Shown here: piece after piece, positions 51,348 to 62,207 of the stretch | Layout: each line of letters starts with the position of its first letter | Numbering within the stretch: position 1 is the stretch's first letter | Assembly: GCA_965203295.1 (NCBI GenBank) | Contig: CBDBCZ010000019.1 | Span: forward strand, 800,001-864,000 | Source of the DNA: Nitrospirales bacterium | GTDB lineage: Bacteria; Nitrospirota; Nitrospiria; Nitrospirales; UBA8639 | Direction: 5' to 3' | DNA length: 64,000 nt | Position numbers and translations under genes: made by a program | Notes under the pieces: generated by a model | What the model saw: only the letters and a program-made list of their open reading frames with translations | The model's database searches: none | Told to the model about the DNA's origin: nothing

Positions 51348-51599
51348 ATGTTTCAAGAAGAGAAGACCTTTAACCTGCGATTTACTCTAGAAGCTCAGTT
51401 TCCTGATGATTATGATGGTGAAGATGATGCGTATGCCTGGTTGCATGATTGGGAAACACGGATGAAGCCCGAACTTTTGAAAACTATTTTTTCCTCCCTG
51501 CGGGAGTTCCCTTCATGGAATGCCCGCGTACGAAATAGAGGAGTCGCGGCCACCGAAGAAATTGAAATTTCATTGGAGAAAGATTTTTCGTCGTCATAA
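51348..51599 (+). CDS. Hypothetical protein
   Basis: AAGGAG SD; 83-aa ORF upstream of the FG-GAP gene. Confidence 0.7.
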   Translation: MFQEEKTFNLRFTLEAQFPDDYDGEDDAYAWLHDWETRMKPELLKTIFSSLREFPSWNARVRNRGVAATEEIEISLEKDFSSS

Positions 51600-51614
51600 C
51601 TCAGGCAAGGAACC

Positions 51615-53129
51615 ATGAGACTCGTATTCCCATTCACAACGTCTTTGCAAGTTGTGGCAGCGACTGCTGGGTTTTTCATCGTATTGATAATTCAACCGAA
51701 GGACTGTGGGGCTCAAAATCTCACATTGACGCCAGCGATGAGCGCTTCAGTTGGAAGGGTTCCTGAGGCTCTCACTGTTGGTGATTTTAATGTGGACGGA
51801 CATCTTGATGTGGCCACAGTTAACGCTCGTTCAGATGATGTCACTCTTCTCCTTGGGAATGGAAACGGGACATTTCAAGGGCCTACTTCATTTTCGGTTG
51901 GAGAAAATCCTATGTTTCTTGCGGCAGGGGATTTAAATGCTGATCACATTCCTGATTTAGCAGTGGTGTCCACGGCAAATGATAGCCTCCATATACTATT
52001 GGGGAAAGGAGAGGGAACGTTTCAGGCCTCAAAAATGTATCAAACTGGGAAGGGCCCGACTTTCTTGGCACTTGAAGATGTGGATCAGGATCAAGATTTA
52101 GATATCGTCATTGTGAATAGTGGCTGGCTCGGTCATTACCCACCATTTAGCATCGCCGTGTTTCGCAACAGAGGGGATGGTCAATTTGGAATGCCTTCTA
52201 TGTATGAGCAAAAGGATCGTGATGGAATGTTTCCAACACAGGTTTTTATGGAAGACTTCACGAACGATGGGTACCCCGATTTGGCCATCTCATGGAGTCC
52301 ACCTGGTTGGAGTAGCCCGAAAGGATTGATCTCAGTTTTAATAAATCGACAGAATGGATCCTTTATGTTGACAGACGAAATCCAGGCCGGGTCCAAACTG
52401 ACTGCTGTGAGTGGGGCAGACTTGGATGCGGATGGTGATGAAGATTTAGTCGTCACAAGCACGTATACCGATACTGTTGGAGTGTTGCTAAGGGAGCAGG
52501 ATGGAGCATTTGGCGATCCAGATTTCTATGAGGTCGGGTTCAGTCCGGCTTCTCTTGCGCTCGGGGATCTTGATCGAGATGGAATTTTGGATATCGGTGT
52601 CGCCAATCGTGCTTCAAATAGTGTATCGGTGCTCCTTGGGAACGAGAATGGTACATTCCGACATGCAGGCCATTTCGCTGTTGGAAGAACTCCCACAGGT
52701 TTGATTCTCGAGGATTTTAATGGTGATAGACATGCTGATCTCCTTGTCTCAAATAGTGGTTCAGATGATGTCTCTGTCTTACTGAGTGGTAAGGTGGAGA
52801 TTCCATCCATCACGCTCAGTACGGAATCTATGGTTTTCAAAAAAGGGGCAGTCGAATCAGAAGAGGAGCCTCAAGTTCTTGTTCTTTCCAACGTTGGGCT
52901 GGGACCTTTGACTGTTTCCAAAGTTGAGTTGGGAGGAATGGCACCTGATGCCTTCGAGATCGTTGATCAACATTGTTTAGGAAATACACTCGCAACTGGA
53001 GAATTATGCAAACTGATCGTCACGTTTACCTCTAAGACGCCTGGCCTTCATCAGGCAGAAATGACCATTTGGGATAATGCTCCGGGAGGACCCAGGTCGG
53101 TCATGTTAACCGGAAATGTTCGAGGGTAA
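51615..53129 (+). CDS. Secreted FG-GAP/VCBS beta-propeller protein with a C-terminal Ig-like (choice-of-anchor D/ASH-like) domain
   Basis: About seven GDxnxDGxxD repeats; C-terminal SNVGLGPL...C...C...DNAPGGP domain. Confidence 0.85.
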   Translation: MRLVFPFTTSLQVVAATAGFFIVLIIQPKDCGAQNLTLTPAMSASVGRVPEALTVGDFNVDGHLDVATVNARSDDVTLLLGNGNGTFQGPTSFSVGENPMFLAAGDLNADHIPDLAVVSTANDSLHILLGKGEGTFQASKMYQTGKGPTFLALEDVDQDQDLDIVIVNSGWLGHYPPFSIAVFRNRGDGQFGMPSMYEQKDRDGMFPTQVFMEDFTNDGYPDLAISWSPPGWSSPKGLISVLINRQNGSFMLTDEIQAGSKLTAVSGADLDADGDEDLVVTSTYTDTVGVLLREQDGAFGDPDFYEVGFSPASLALGDLDRDGILDIGVANRASNSVSVLLGNENGTFRHAGHFAVGRTPTGLILEDFNGDRHADLLVSNSGSDDVSVLLSGKVEIPSITLSTESMVFKKGAVESEEEPQVLVLSNVGLGPLTVSKVELGGMAPDAFEIVDQHCLGNTLATGELCKLIVTFTSKTPGLHQAEMTIWDNAPGGPRSVMLTGNVRG

Positions 53130-53281
53130 AGGTCATGCGTCTTCTGGAGCCAAAGGGTAATTTTCAGATTCTTCCTCTCTCCGACTTCGTTTTTGAACGA
53201 AACTTTCCTGCTAGCCATATCCATCCCAAATCTCAAACCTCTAGGGGAGATCATGTCCGAGGGAGAGAAGGAAAAGTCAGA

Positions 53282-55822
53282 GTGAGAGTTTCTGAGGTTC
53301 CACGACTCCACATTGGTGTGGATATTGGAGGGACTTTTACAGATTTTGTGGTCCATGATTCAGTGGAAGGGAGTCTACGTACGTTTAAAATTCTTTCGAC
53401 CCCCTCCGATCCTGCTGAAGCAGTTCTTAAAGGGTTACACGTCATCCCTCAGGAATACAGTCGCACGCTTGTGCATGGGTCAACCGTGGCCACCAATGCC
53501 CTTCTTGAATGGAAAGGAGCGAAAACCGCGCTTGTGACTACACGCGGGTTTCGAGACCTTTTAACGATCGGTCGGCAAACACGCGATGGTCTGTATGCTC
53601 TTTTCCCTATCCGGCCGCAGCCGTTAATCGATGACTCCTGTTGTTTAGAGGTCACGGAACGGGTCGACCACTGCGGGACAGTTCTCGTGTCTTTGGACCT
53701 GCGTGAGTTACCCCATTTGATAGACAAGTTACTCCAATATCAGGTAGAGGCAGTGGCCATTAGTTTGTTGTTCTCATTTGCGAATCCAAGCCATGAATCG
53801 TGGTTAGGACAACAATTGAGGACTCAAGGCTGGTTTGTGTCCACTTCTCATGAACTGATTCCTGAATTTCGGGAATACGAGCGTACGAGTACAACCGTCG
53901 TGAATGCCTATGTCTCCCCAATACTTGACCGATATTTAGGGCGGTTGGCGGAGAATTTGAAACCCGAAGAGTTTCATGTTCTCCAATCGAATGGAGGTCG
54001 ACTTCAAGTTTCAGAAGCACGTTCTCAAGGGGTTCGATCCATACTGTCCGGTCCAGCTGGAGGTGTTATCGGCGCCACCCATATTGCGAAACTTGCCGGG
54101 TTTCATCAGATAATCACGTTTGACATGGGAGGAACCTCTACAGATGTCTCTCTAGTCAAAGATCACATTGACGTGACAAATGAAGCTATCATTGGAGGCA
54201 TGCCCATTCGTGTGCCTGTGATTGATATTCATAAAATTGGAGCGGGAGGAGGGTCCATGAAAGATCCTGTTCGCCTAGAAATATTTCGACATCTGTTTGC
54301 CGCGGTCGCTCAAGAAATGGGAGTTCGTCTTCAACGAGCGGCCTATTCACCTAATATAAAGGAGCGATGCGATTTCTCTTGTGCAATCTTTGATGCACAG
54401 GGAAGGTTGGTGGCTCAGGCAGAACACATTCCCGTTCATTTGGGGGCTATGCCGCTTTCAGTCCAAGCCTGTGTGAGCAAAATAGATTTTTCCCCAGGGG
54501 ATGTTGCCATGGTGAATGATCCTTTTCAGGGGGGAACACATTTGCCAGATATCACGATGGTATCCCCCATGTATGCCAAAGAAGAAGATTCTTCATCTAT
54601 GCTTGGATATGTCGCCACTCGTGCTCATCATGCCGATGTCGGAGAGATGTCGCCTGCTTCCATGCCCTTGTCTCAAGAAATTTATCAGGAAGGACTGATT
54701 ATTCCCCCCGTGAAGCTTATGTCTGCAGGGATCCGCAATGCCGACGTCTGGGAAATGGTATTGGCCAATGTTCGAACACCTCGTGAACGTGCAGGTGACC
54801 TTCAAGCACAGTTGGCTGCGAATCGAATTGGTATCTTACGCCTCCAAGAGTTGGTCTCACGCTATGGTCAACGAAAAGTTTCCGCAAATATGAAAAGCCT
54901 TCTTTCGTTCAGCGAAGCCGTGGTCCGTCAGCGCATTCATGCGTTGCCGGACGGGCACTATCACTTTCGAGATAGTCTGGACGAAGATGGCATCGGTAAG
55001 GAGCCAGTGGAGATCAAGGCTTCAATTTCGATACAGGGTGAAGAAGTCATGGTTGATTTCACAGGGAGCGCTCCCCAGCAAATGGGCAGTATTAATGCGG
55101 TTTTTGCTATCACGCTTTCAGCGACAGCCTATGTGTTTCGTTGTGTTCTCGGAGATGATATTCCAGCAAATGCCGGAGCCATGGTACCCATTCGAGTTTT
55201 TGCCCCTGAAGGTTTTGTTGTCAATGCTCGATCACCTGCTGCTGTTGCCGAGGGGAATGTCGAAACGTCTCAACGAATCGTCGATGTCCTTTTTGGTGTC
55301 TTATCCCAAGCCTGTCCCAATCGTATTCCGGCTGCTAGTCAAGGAACCATGAATAATATTGCGTTAGGGGGTTGGGATTCACTTCGAAGGCGATCGTTCG
55401 CGTATTATGAAACCCTTGGTGGGGGTATGGGGGCTGGTTTTGAACAACATGGAACCAGTGCTCTTCACTCCCATATGACGAATACAATGAATACACCTAT
55501 CGAAGCATTGGAATATGTCTACCCTATTCGAGTCACTCAGTATGGAGTGCGGAGAGGTTCAGGAGGCAAGGGAAAGTGGACAGGTGGTGATGGCATGACG
55601 AGGGAGATTGAATTTCTTGATCAATCTCAGGTTACGATTCTGTCAGATCGGCGTCGAGAAGCTCCTTATGGCCTCGAAGGCGGGAGTCCTGGACAGGTGG
55701 GAAAGAATGTCCTGATTCGAAATGGCGTCGAAATTCCTTTGTCAGGAAAAATGTGTTTAGATGTTAAAGTTGGTGACCGACTTCGAATTGAAACACCGGG
55801 CGGTGGAAGGTATGGCTCTTGA
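53282..55822 (+). pseudogene. Hydantoinase/oxoprolinase: truncated A subunit fused in frame to a B subunit (B starts at ATG 54257)
   Basis: DIGGTFTD...SGPAGG...DMGGTSTD...IGAGGGS runs directly into MKDPVRLEIF; the C-terminal half of subunit A is missing. Confidence 0.75.
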
Positions 55823-55867
55823 AGACGAAGAGGCCTTTTGATTAGGTTTTAGGGAAAATTAACAAAA

Positions 55868-56001
55868 GGGGCCTAGTGAATAATTCAAAAATTTTTCAAA
55901 TTGGCGACCTCTGTCCAGCACCGTCAGATAGCAGGCAAGGAACGACGCTGGCTTGTCAGCCGTAACCTAAGCGTAGGCTGGCGGACTTTTTCAACAGCCC
56001 C
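55868..56001 (+). repeat. MITE/REP-like repeat, copy 3 (internally deleted)
   Basis: GGGGCCTAGTGAATAATTCAAAAATTTTTCAAATTGGCGAC...GGCGGACTTTTTCAACAGCCCC; flanked by CAAAA on both sides. Confidence 0.78.
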
Positions 56002-56030
56002 CAAAAGAATCTCGAGAGGCGTCTTGGTTT

Positions 56031-56318
56031 ATGGAGGATTCAAATCACATGACAGAAACCGATCCTGAAAAATTGGCTTTGCTCTATGAACGTTTTAAAG
56101 ATGTGTGCTTAGTAGAAAAAGAGGTGTGGAAGGAAATTTTCATGCCACGGCAAGCCACCCAAGGTGCTATTTTAACGAATATCCATGAGCGATATGAGGT
56201 GATCATTGATGATCAGGAAGTCGAGGATGCCTTAGATGCGAATATTCCATTGGGTGCAAAGGCTCTTGCCGCGGCTATTCAGGAATACAAGGCTCATATT
56301 AGTTTTGTGAGGAAGTGA
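56031..56318 (+). CDS. Hypothetical protein
   Basis: 95-aa ORF; internal GGAGG SD suggests a start at MTETDPE. Confidence 0.7.
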   Translation: MEDSNHMTETDPEKLALLYERFKDVCLVEKEVWKEIFMPRQATQGAILTNIHERYEVIIDDQEVEDALDANIPLGAKALAAAIQEYKAHISFVRK

Positions 56319-56459
56319 AGTCCTTTGTTGAGTTCCCACTTCCAGAAGTCTCAGAAAGTCCTAACGTGCAAGTGGGCAAAACACTTCAATCCTGGCTGGT
56401 CTGAAACGGTAAGAAAGAATGCTTGATAACAACTACCATCTTGCCTTAGGAGAGCGTTG

Positions 56460-56836
56460 ATGCAAGCTCCACTCTCCTTTATCAGAGCACTGCAGAATGA
56501 GATGGTTCCTTGTGGCACCCCCGATTGTCCTGGGCCAGTAGCCGCCTCTGAACGTTCACAAGCAGATGACCGGGTGAAGGTATTTGATGTTCACTGCGAA
56601 CGTTGTGGCTGGAGTGAGCGAGTTGCGGGTCAAGAGGACCATGGGATGAATCCTCTCTGACGGCAATTATTGATGAACATTTACTTCACCTTCAACCAAT
56701 TTGCCCCTTCGATCACGCTCCTGTCTTTTTTCATTCATTGCCGAGTCCTAGGAGAAAAGCGCGTTACCGAATCACCTGCTACTTCTGCGGCCGACAGGCT
56801 GAATTAGACTGGCCACCTCAAGAGTCCAAGTGGTAG
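56460..56836 (+). pseudogene. Cys-rich hypothetical protein, frameshifted near 56638
   Basis: First part has CGTPDC and CERC; the shifted frame continues PWDESSL...CPFD...CYFCGRQAELDWPPQESKW* to 56836. Confidence 0.6.
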
Positions 56837-56890
56837 CCTCCAGTGGTCTTCACGCATGAGCGAGTGCTTCTCTCACCTATTGCGAAACAA

Positions 56891-58838
56891 CTACTTTGAG
56901 TATTGCAGTCCAAAGCGAAAGAACGTTTCTGGTGCGGGAAACCCTACAAACTGCTCATATTGGGAATTGGTGATGTTGTTGATCACACCGAAGAGTTTCC
57001 AAAACTTCTTGAATGTCAGGGTTGCTGTCATATCGGCCAGAATGTAGCCCCTGACCGTATCCTCTGTAGTCGGAATTTGGATATCCTTTCGTTCTCCCAC
57101 TGCCTGCAATTTCCCACGAACCATCAAGTTTGGCAAAGGCCAGGTTTCAACAATGAGTCCTCCGAACGCACGCGGTCGATTTCTTAGCTGGTCGCTGCTG
57201 CCTTCAGGTGTGCTATTCACATAGGTGAAATACCCTTTGAGGTGGAGTGTGGATGTTGGATTGGCCAGAAGGCCAATTCAATCCCTTGTGTTGTCACTTT
57301 GGTTAAATTGGTCAGCCTAAAGATTCCTTGACGGGCCAAATTCTGATCGAGGTCGATGAGATTAGAAAAAGTGTTATAGAAATAGATGAATTCGATTTCA
57401 TGCCGTCCACCAAGAAACCCTTGCCGTATTCCTACGTCCCATCCGATGCTGGTTTCTGGGGTGAGATTGGGGTTGCCTATGACAGGGTCTCCCAGTGCGT
57501 TGAAGCTGGGAAGTTTGAAGCCTTCTCCGTAGCTGACGTGAGCAATGGTGCGTGTTGGAAATTGAATCTTGCCACTGATTCGAGGATTGATCTGCATTTC
57601 GGTCTCTTCTGGGAAGTCAAGACGGGTCCCGAAAGTGAAACTGGCAAACGAATGCGGGATCAGCATGAGTTCGAGATATCCCCCAGGGGTCAAGCGAGTT
57701 TTTTGAAAATCGATAAGCCTGTCCTGGGGAAGCCCCAACGCAGTTGACTCTTGGAGGCCTGAACTTTCTCCACGTTCATAGATGATTTGAAGGCCGCCGG
57801 CAACAGTCCATGCCCGTGACAGTTGGAATCCATGCTTCGAGAAGAGCAAAAGCTTTGTGTATTCTGTCGTGAACCTGGCAGGAGGAATTTGAAGCATTCC
57901 TGGAGCGGAGAGGACACCAGGATTGTCAATGTCTTGAGATTGATAGAACAGATTGGCAGATAGTTCGTGATCCCATTGGGTTGTGATATAGTGTGTCAAT
58001 TTGGATCCGAAGACAAGTTGATCAGTCTCCCGCTGTTCCGAATCACGAAGAATGGCAAGGCGTGGCCCTCCGCTTCCTTCAGGAAACGAGCGAACCTGGG
58101 TATTGGTGTACCGCCCGAACATCTGAGCCGAGAAAGGACTGTCTTCCTTGTGCCATGTGGCATTGCCACTCACGGTGCTCAATTCAAATTTATCTCCTTC
58201 TACCCTTTCATCATTTCTTGTCATCGAGCCTGATCCGGCATAGGACACGTTTCCTATCGTGCCAATTTTGTTAAACAGTCCTCTCACATATCCGTAATCT
58301 CCAGCTTCAATCTGAATCCTTGAAGACATTTTTGATGTGCTTGGTTTGCTGAGAATGTTGATGACGCCACTCATGGCATCTGACCCGTACAGCGCAGAAG
58401 TCGGTCCACGAACGACTTCAATTCGTTCGATTCCTTCCGGTGTCAGAGTGGAAAGGTCAACAGACCCACCCCGTTGGTTCATCGAGTCATTAATTGGGAT
58501 CCCATCCAACATGATCACCGTGAAGTTTGGGTCTCCGCCTCTCATGTAAATAGAACTGACCCCACCACGCCCTCCATCTCATCGACGAAGAGACCTGGAA
58601 TTTGGTCAAGAACTGTGCCCACATTATTGGGTTTCTGGATTTCAATTTCCTCCTTCGTAATGACGGTCATACTTCCAGGAGTTTGAGATTGGGGTGTGGG
58701 AAGAGCTGTTGCCGTAACAACCACAGGGTCCATCTTCTCCACATCAGTTCGGTCCTGGGCATACAGCGAATTCCCAAAACCTAGAACAACACTCATTTGA
58801 AGGAAAACAATGATCAGTTGAGGGAGTGCTCGAAACAC
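56891..58838 (-). pseudogene. TonB-dependent receptor (BtuB-like) split into three ORFs
   Basis: TonB box PVVVTA, plug MRGG...LDGIPIN...IERIEVVRGPTSALYGSDA, GNPNLTPE; frameshifts near 58575 and 57265. Confidence 0.85.
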
Positions 58839-59207
58839 GCATCTATGTTCCCTGACGTTAAGACCTGTTATTCGTAATCCCTTCCATCAAAGACTTGTCT
58901 TGTGATTGAAAACATCTCGCCTTCAAATTCTCATGCAGAGAGGATACCTTGTCAATTTGTTGAATGGTTAAGGGGCCAGCTCATGCACAAAGCGGCCAGA
59001 GATGGTTTCACACGTTAATGAAGAGGCTAACTGGATTGCGTCGTTGTGATAGGCAAGGAACCAACTTTCTGATGTCATTCCATATATCCTTAGGGTCCGC
59101 TCGTGTGGTATAGACCACTTGCTGTTGACAGCAAAAATCATGTTTAGAGACGAGTTCCGGCTGAGAAAATGTTAGTTATTTGAAAGTCTGCTAAGCGGTC
59201 ACGACGA

Positions 59208-60551
59208 ATGTCAAAAGTATCCTTTCGGACTCATCCAATTCCTACAGATCAAATGCCCTCGGCCGTGCTATTTCTAGTGGTCAATGAGGCAGCAGAACGA
59301 TTTAGTTACTACGGAATGCGGGCCATCCTTGTTGTGTTTATGACGGATTATTTGGTGAATCGCCAGGATCATTTGGACGTAATGGGAGAAGCAGAAGCGC
59401 GTGCGTATTTTCATCTCTTTGCAGCAGGCGTGTATTTTTTTCCGATCCTTGGCGCGATGGTGGCTGATGCATTTTGGGGTAAATATAAAACTATTATGAT
59501 CTTATCCCTTATCTATTGTTTAGGCCATTTTGCACTTGCTGTGGACCACACAAGAACTGGCCTTACCATTGGATTGGGGTTAATTGCCATAGGCTCTGGG
59601 GGCATCAAGCCTTGTGTCTCCGCCAATCTTGGAGATCAATTTGGTTCTCGTAACAGTCATTTAATCACAAAGGCGTTTTATTGGTTTTATTTCTCAATAA
59701 ATTTAGGGGCTGGGATTTCGACCTTGTTGACTCCCTGGCTGTTGAAACATTACGGGCCGCATTTGGCATTCGGGATCCCTGGTTTGCTGATGTTGTTGGC
59801 CACATGGGTGTTTTGGTTGGGCCGATGGGACTATGCCCACCTCCCTCCTAGGGGCGTGCAGTTTTTGAAAGACTTGATAAGCCGGGAAAGTGTTGATGCG
59901 GTTCTACGTTTGACGCCGATCTATATCTTTGTGGCCTTTTTCTGGTCCCTGTATGACCAGACGGCTTCAGCATGGGTCCTGCAGGCCAAGCAGATGGATC
60001 GTTTTTGGTTAGGAATAGAATGGCTCCCCTCACAAATCCAGGTCGTCAACCCTTTTTTAATTATGTTCTTGATACCCGTGTTTGCCTTTGGGATTTACCC
60101 AGCCCTCAATGTCGTTTTTCCGTTAACACCTCTGAGAAAAATTTCCCTTGGGTTTTTTGTGACTGTCATGGCGTTTGTCTTGTCTGCCGAGATTGAGACC
60201 CGCATCCTGGCTGGACAGACCCCAAACATCGTGTGGCAACTTTTGGCATTTGTGGTCATTACTGCTGCTGAAGTCATGGTGTCTATCACGTGCCTGGAGT
60301 TTTCTTATACCCAGGCCCCACGCCACCTGAAATCGTTTATCATGGCGCTTTTTCTCTTGTCAGTTTCGTTAGGCAATGCCTTTACTTCCCTGGTCAACTA
60401 TTTCATCCAAAATGATGATGGAACAACAAAATTGTCTGGCCCCGGTTACTACTGGTTTTTTTCGCTCGTCATGTTGGCCGTATCGTTTGGGTTTATTTTT
60501 GTGGCCAAAGCCTATAGGGGTAAGACATATCTTCAAGGGGTCGAAGAATAA
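59208..60551 (+). CDS. POT-family proton-dependent oligopeptide transporter
   Basis: EAAERFSYYGMR, GSGGIKPCVS, FYFSINLG, EFSYTQAP. Confidence 0.92.
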   Translation: MSKVSFRTHPIPTDQMPSAVLFLVVNEAAERFSYYGMRAILVVFMTDYLVNRQDHLDVMGEAEARAYFHLFAAGVYFFPILGAMVADAFWGKYKTIMILSLIYCLGHFALAVDHTRTGLTIGLGLIAIGSGGIKPCVSANLGDQFGSRNSHLITKAFYWFYFSINLGAGISTLLTPWLLKHYGPHLAFGIPGLLMLLATWVFWLGRWDYAHLPPRGVQFLKDLISRESVDAVLRLTPIYIFVAFFWSLYDQTASAWVLQAKQMDRFWLGIEWLPSQIQVVNPFLIMFLIPVFAFGIYPALNVVFPLTPLRKISLGFFVTVMAFVLSAEIETRILAGQTPNIVWQLLAFVVITAAEVMVSITCLEFSYTQAPRHLKSFIMALFLLSVSLGNAFTSLVNYFIQNDDGTTKLSGPGYYWFFSLVMLAVSFGFIFVAKAYRGKTYLQGVEE

Positions 60552-60970
60552 CAATCAAGATTTGAGCGGCTATGTCGGTTGATGAGCTGAATGAAAAAGC
60601 TTTTCAACCTCAAGCCTTTGCACAGTTCTTACCTGTGAATAACATGTTGAAAAAATGAAAAACTAATACCCATCTGCCTTTTGTGGAAGGTACGACTGTT
60701 TAGTGCTGATATGATGCGGACTTTACAGGTTGAGTCCACAAAAACCATTATCATTCAAGGATTTTTTCATTTCTGATGATGAAACGTGCAATGGATAGAT
60801 GGTTTTAGAATTTTTCCCATGTGAAGAACAAAATGAGGCTCCACTTCTTCTGTGGATTATCGGAGGATAATGTTTTAGGCCTTAGTTGATTACGGAAAAC
60901 GGATTGAACAATATCAATACGCTAAATTGCCCAAAAATTAGGCAACTTTGAGGTTGATCGGATTAGGGTT

Positions 60971-61852
60971 TTATCCGTGAAGAAGGTAAAAGACGAGTTG
61001 AGTAGCCGAAGATAAGCTGAGCAAGGGGCACGAAGTTGAAGGGGACCACTTGTCAAGAGAGCGCAGATATTCGATCGGCATCCATACGTTAATCGCTTTT
61101 TTCCTGCTCAAATACAAAATTTGATTAACCCGAAAGGCTTCGAGGTATTGATCGGGTTTAATGTATTGGGAGTGAAACATCCGCCCGTCAAAAATGATAA
61201 GCCGGTTGGGCTTCATTTCCAGAAGAGTCAGAAGTTCCCAAAACTCATTCCCATCGTTGATATAGGTATTTTCTTGGACGGCGAAAAGCGGATTGAAGAT
61301 CATACTGTTTTGGAAATTTTCATACCCTTCCTGACTTTTGAGGAATTCATCACTCAGTTCTAACTTATCAGCTAAATCTCGGATTTCTTGGTTGGGAGTA
61401 ATTGGGAGTCGCTCTAAACCGGTTAAGCGGTGACGAAAGAGCCCCCTGCCTCCTATGCACGACTCACTGGGATTGAGATACACCATCGCTGCAATGTCCT
61501 GATCGATATGGGGTTGACGTTGCCCGATATTTAACCTGAAATTGTTGTTCGTGATTCCCTGAAAAACGACTGGTTGTGGGTTAAAAAATGGCTGAAGACG
61601 TTCCCCTCAGAGTTCACTGATGGTACGAATGAGTTGTGTCGTATCGAGATGAATGGAGGCGCGGACTCCTGGGAAATTTCCGACGATTTCAAACCGGTCT
61701 GTGTAGGGAAGGTCAAGGGCTACTTGAAGGACTTTCTCTTGTGATTGGTAAAATTGATCGACAATAACCACTCGATGATCGCCTCGCCCAACATGCTAGA
61801 TGGTCACCTGCATGTGGGGATTGATGTCCAATAGGTCGTTGGGGAGGTTCAT
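60971..61852 (-). pseudogene. DUF6445/2OG-Fe(II)-like protein with two nonsense mutations
   Basis: In frame from ATG 61852: VVIVDQFY, FPGVR, QPHID, AAMVYLN, NRLIIFDG.MFHS; internal TAG (61796-61798) and TGA (61607-61609). Confidence 0.75.
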
Positions 61853-62207
61853 AGGAATGACCGAACATTCACCGCGTATCACATCTTCCGACTGTGAATG
61901 GTGCACTTCCTTACACTTTTGAGTCAAGCTCCTGAGTCCGTCAGTCAAAGCTTCGGTTGTTCATGTTCTACGACAAAACCTGACAAAAGTACCGCCAATA
62001 TCAATGATTGTTCTGATTGAACGGTCACAGAAAACTCTGAGCATCGTGCACGGGGACCCATTTGTCTCGGTAAGGTTTGATAATGGCCATAAGCGAAGGA
62101 GTCATGAATCCTTGCTAAAGAAAACGGGAAGTCAAAGATGGCTAAAAGGGGCTTCGCTATTAATGGAAGAGAGAGACCACCCAACCCCTTTCATGTGTCG
62201 AGTATCA

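Noticed and set aside
58984..58998. Sigma54-like TGGCCGCTTTGTGCA upstream of the TonB receptor
   Set aside because: Spacing is GG-N9-GC, one short of the required N10
61945..62184. 79-aa ORF with a DFPFSL segment reminiscent of YceK/YidQ lipoproteins
   Set aside because: No signal peptide or lipobox; the similarity is too short to support
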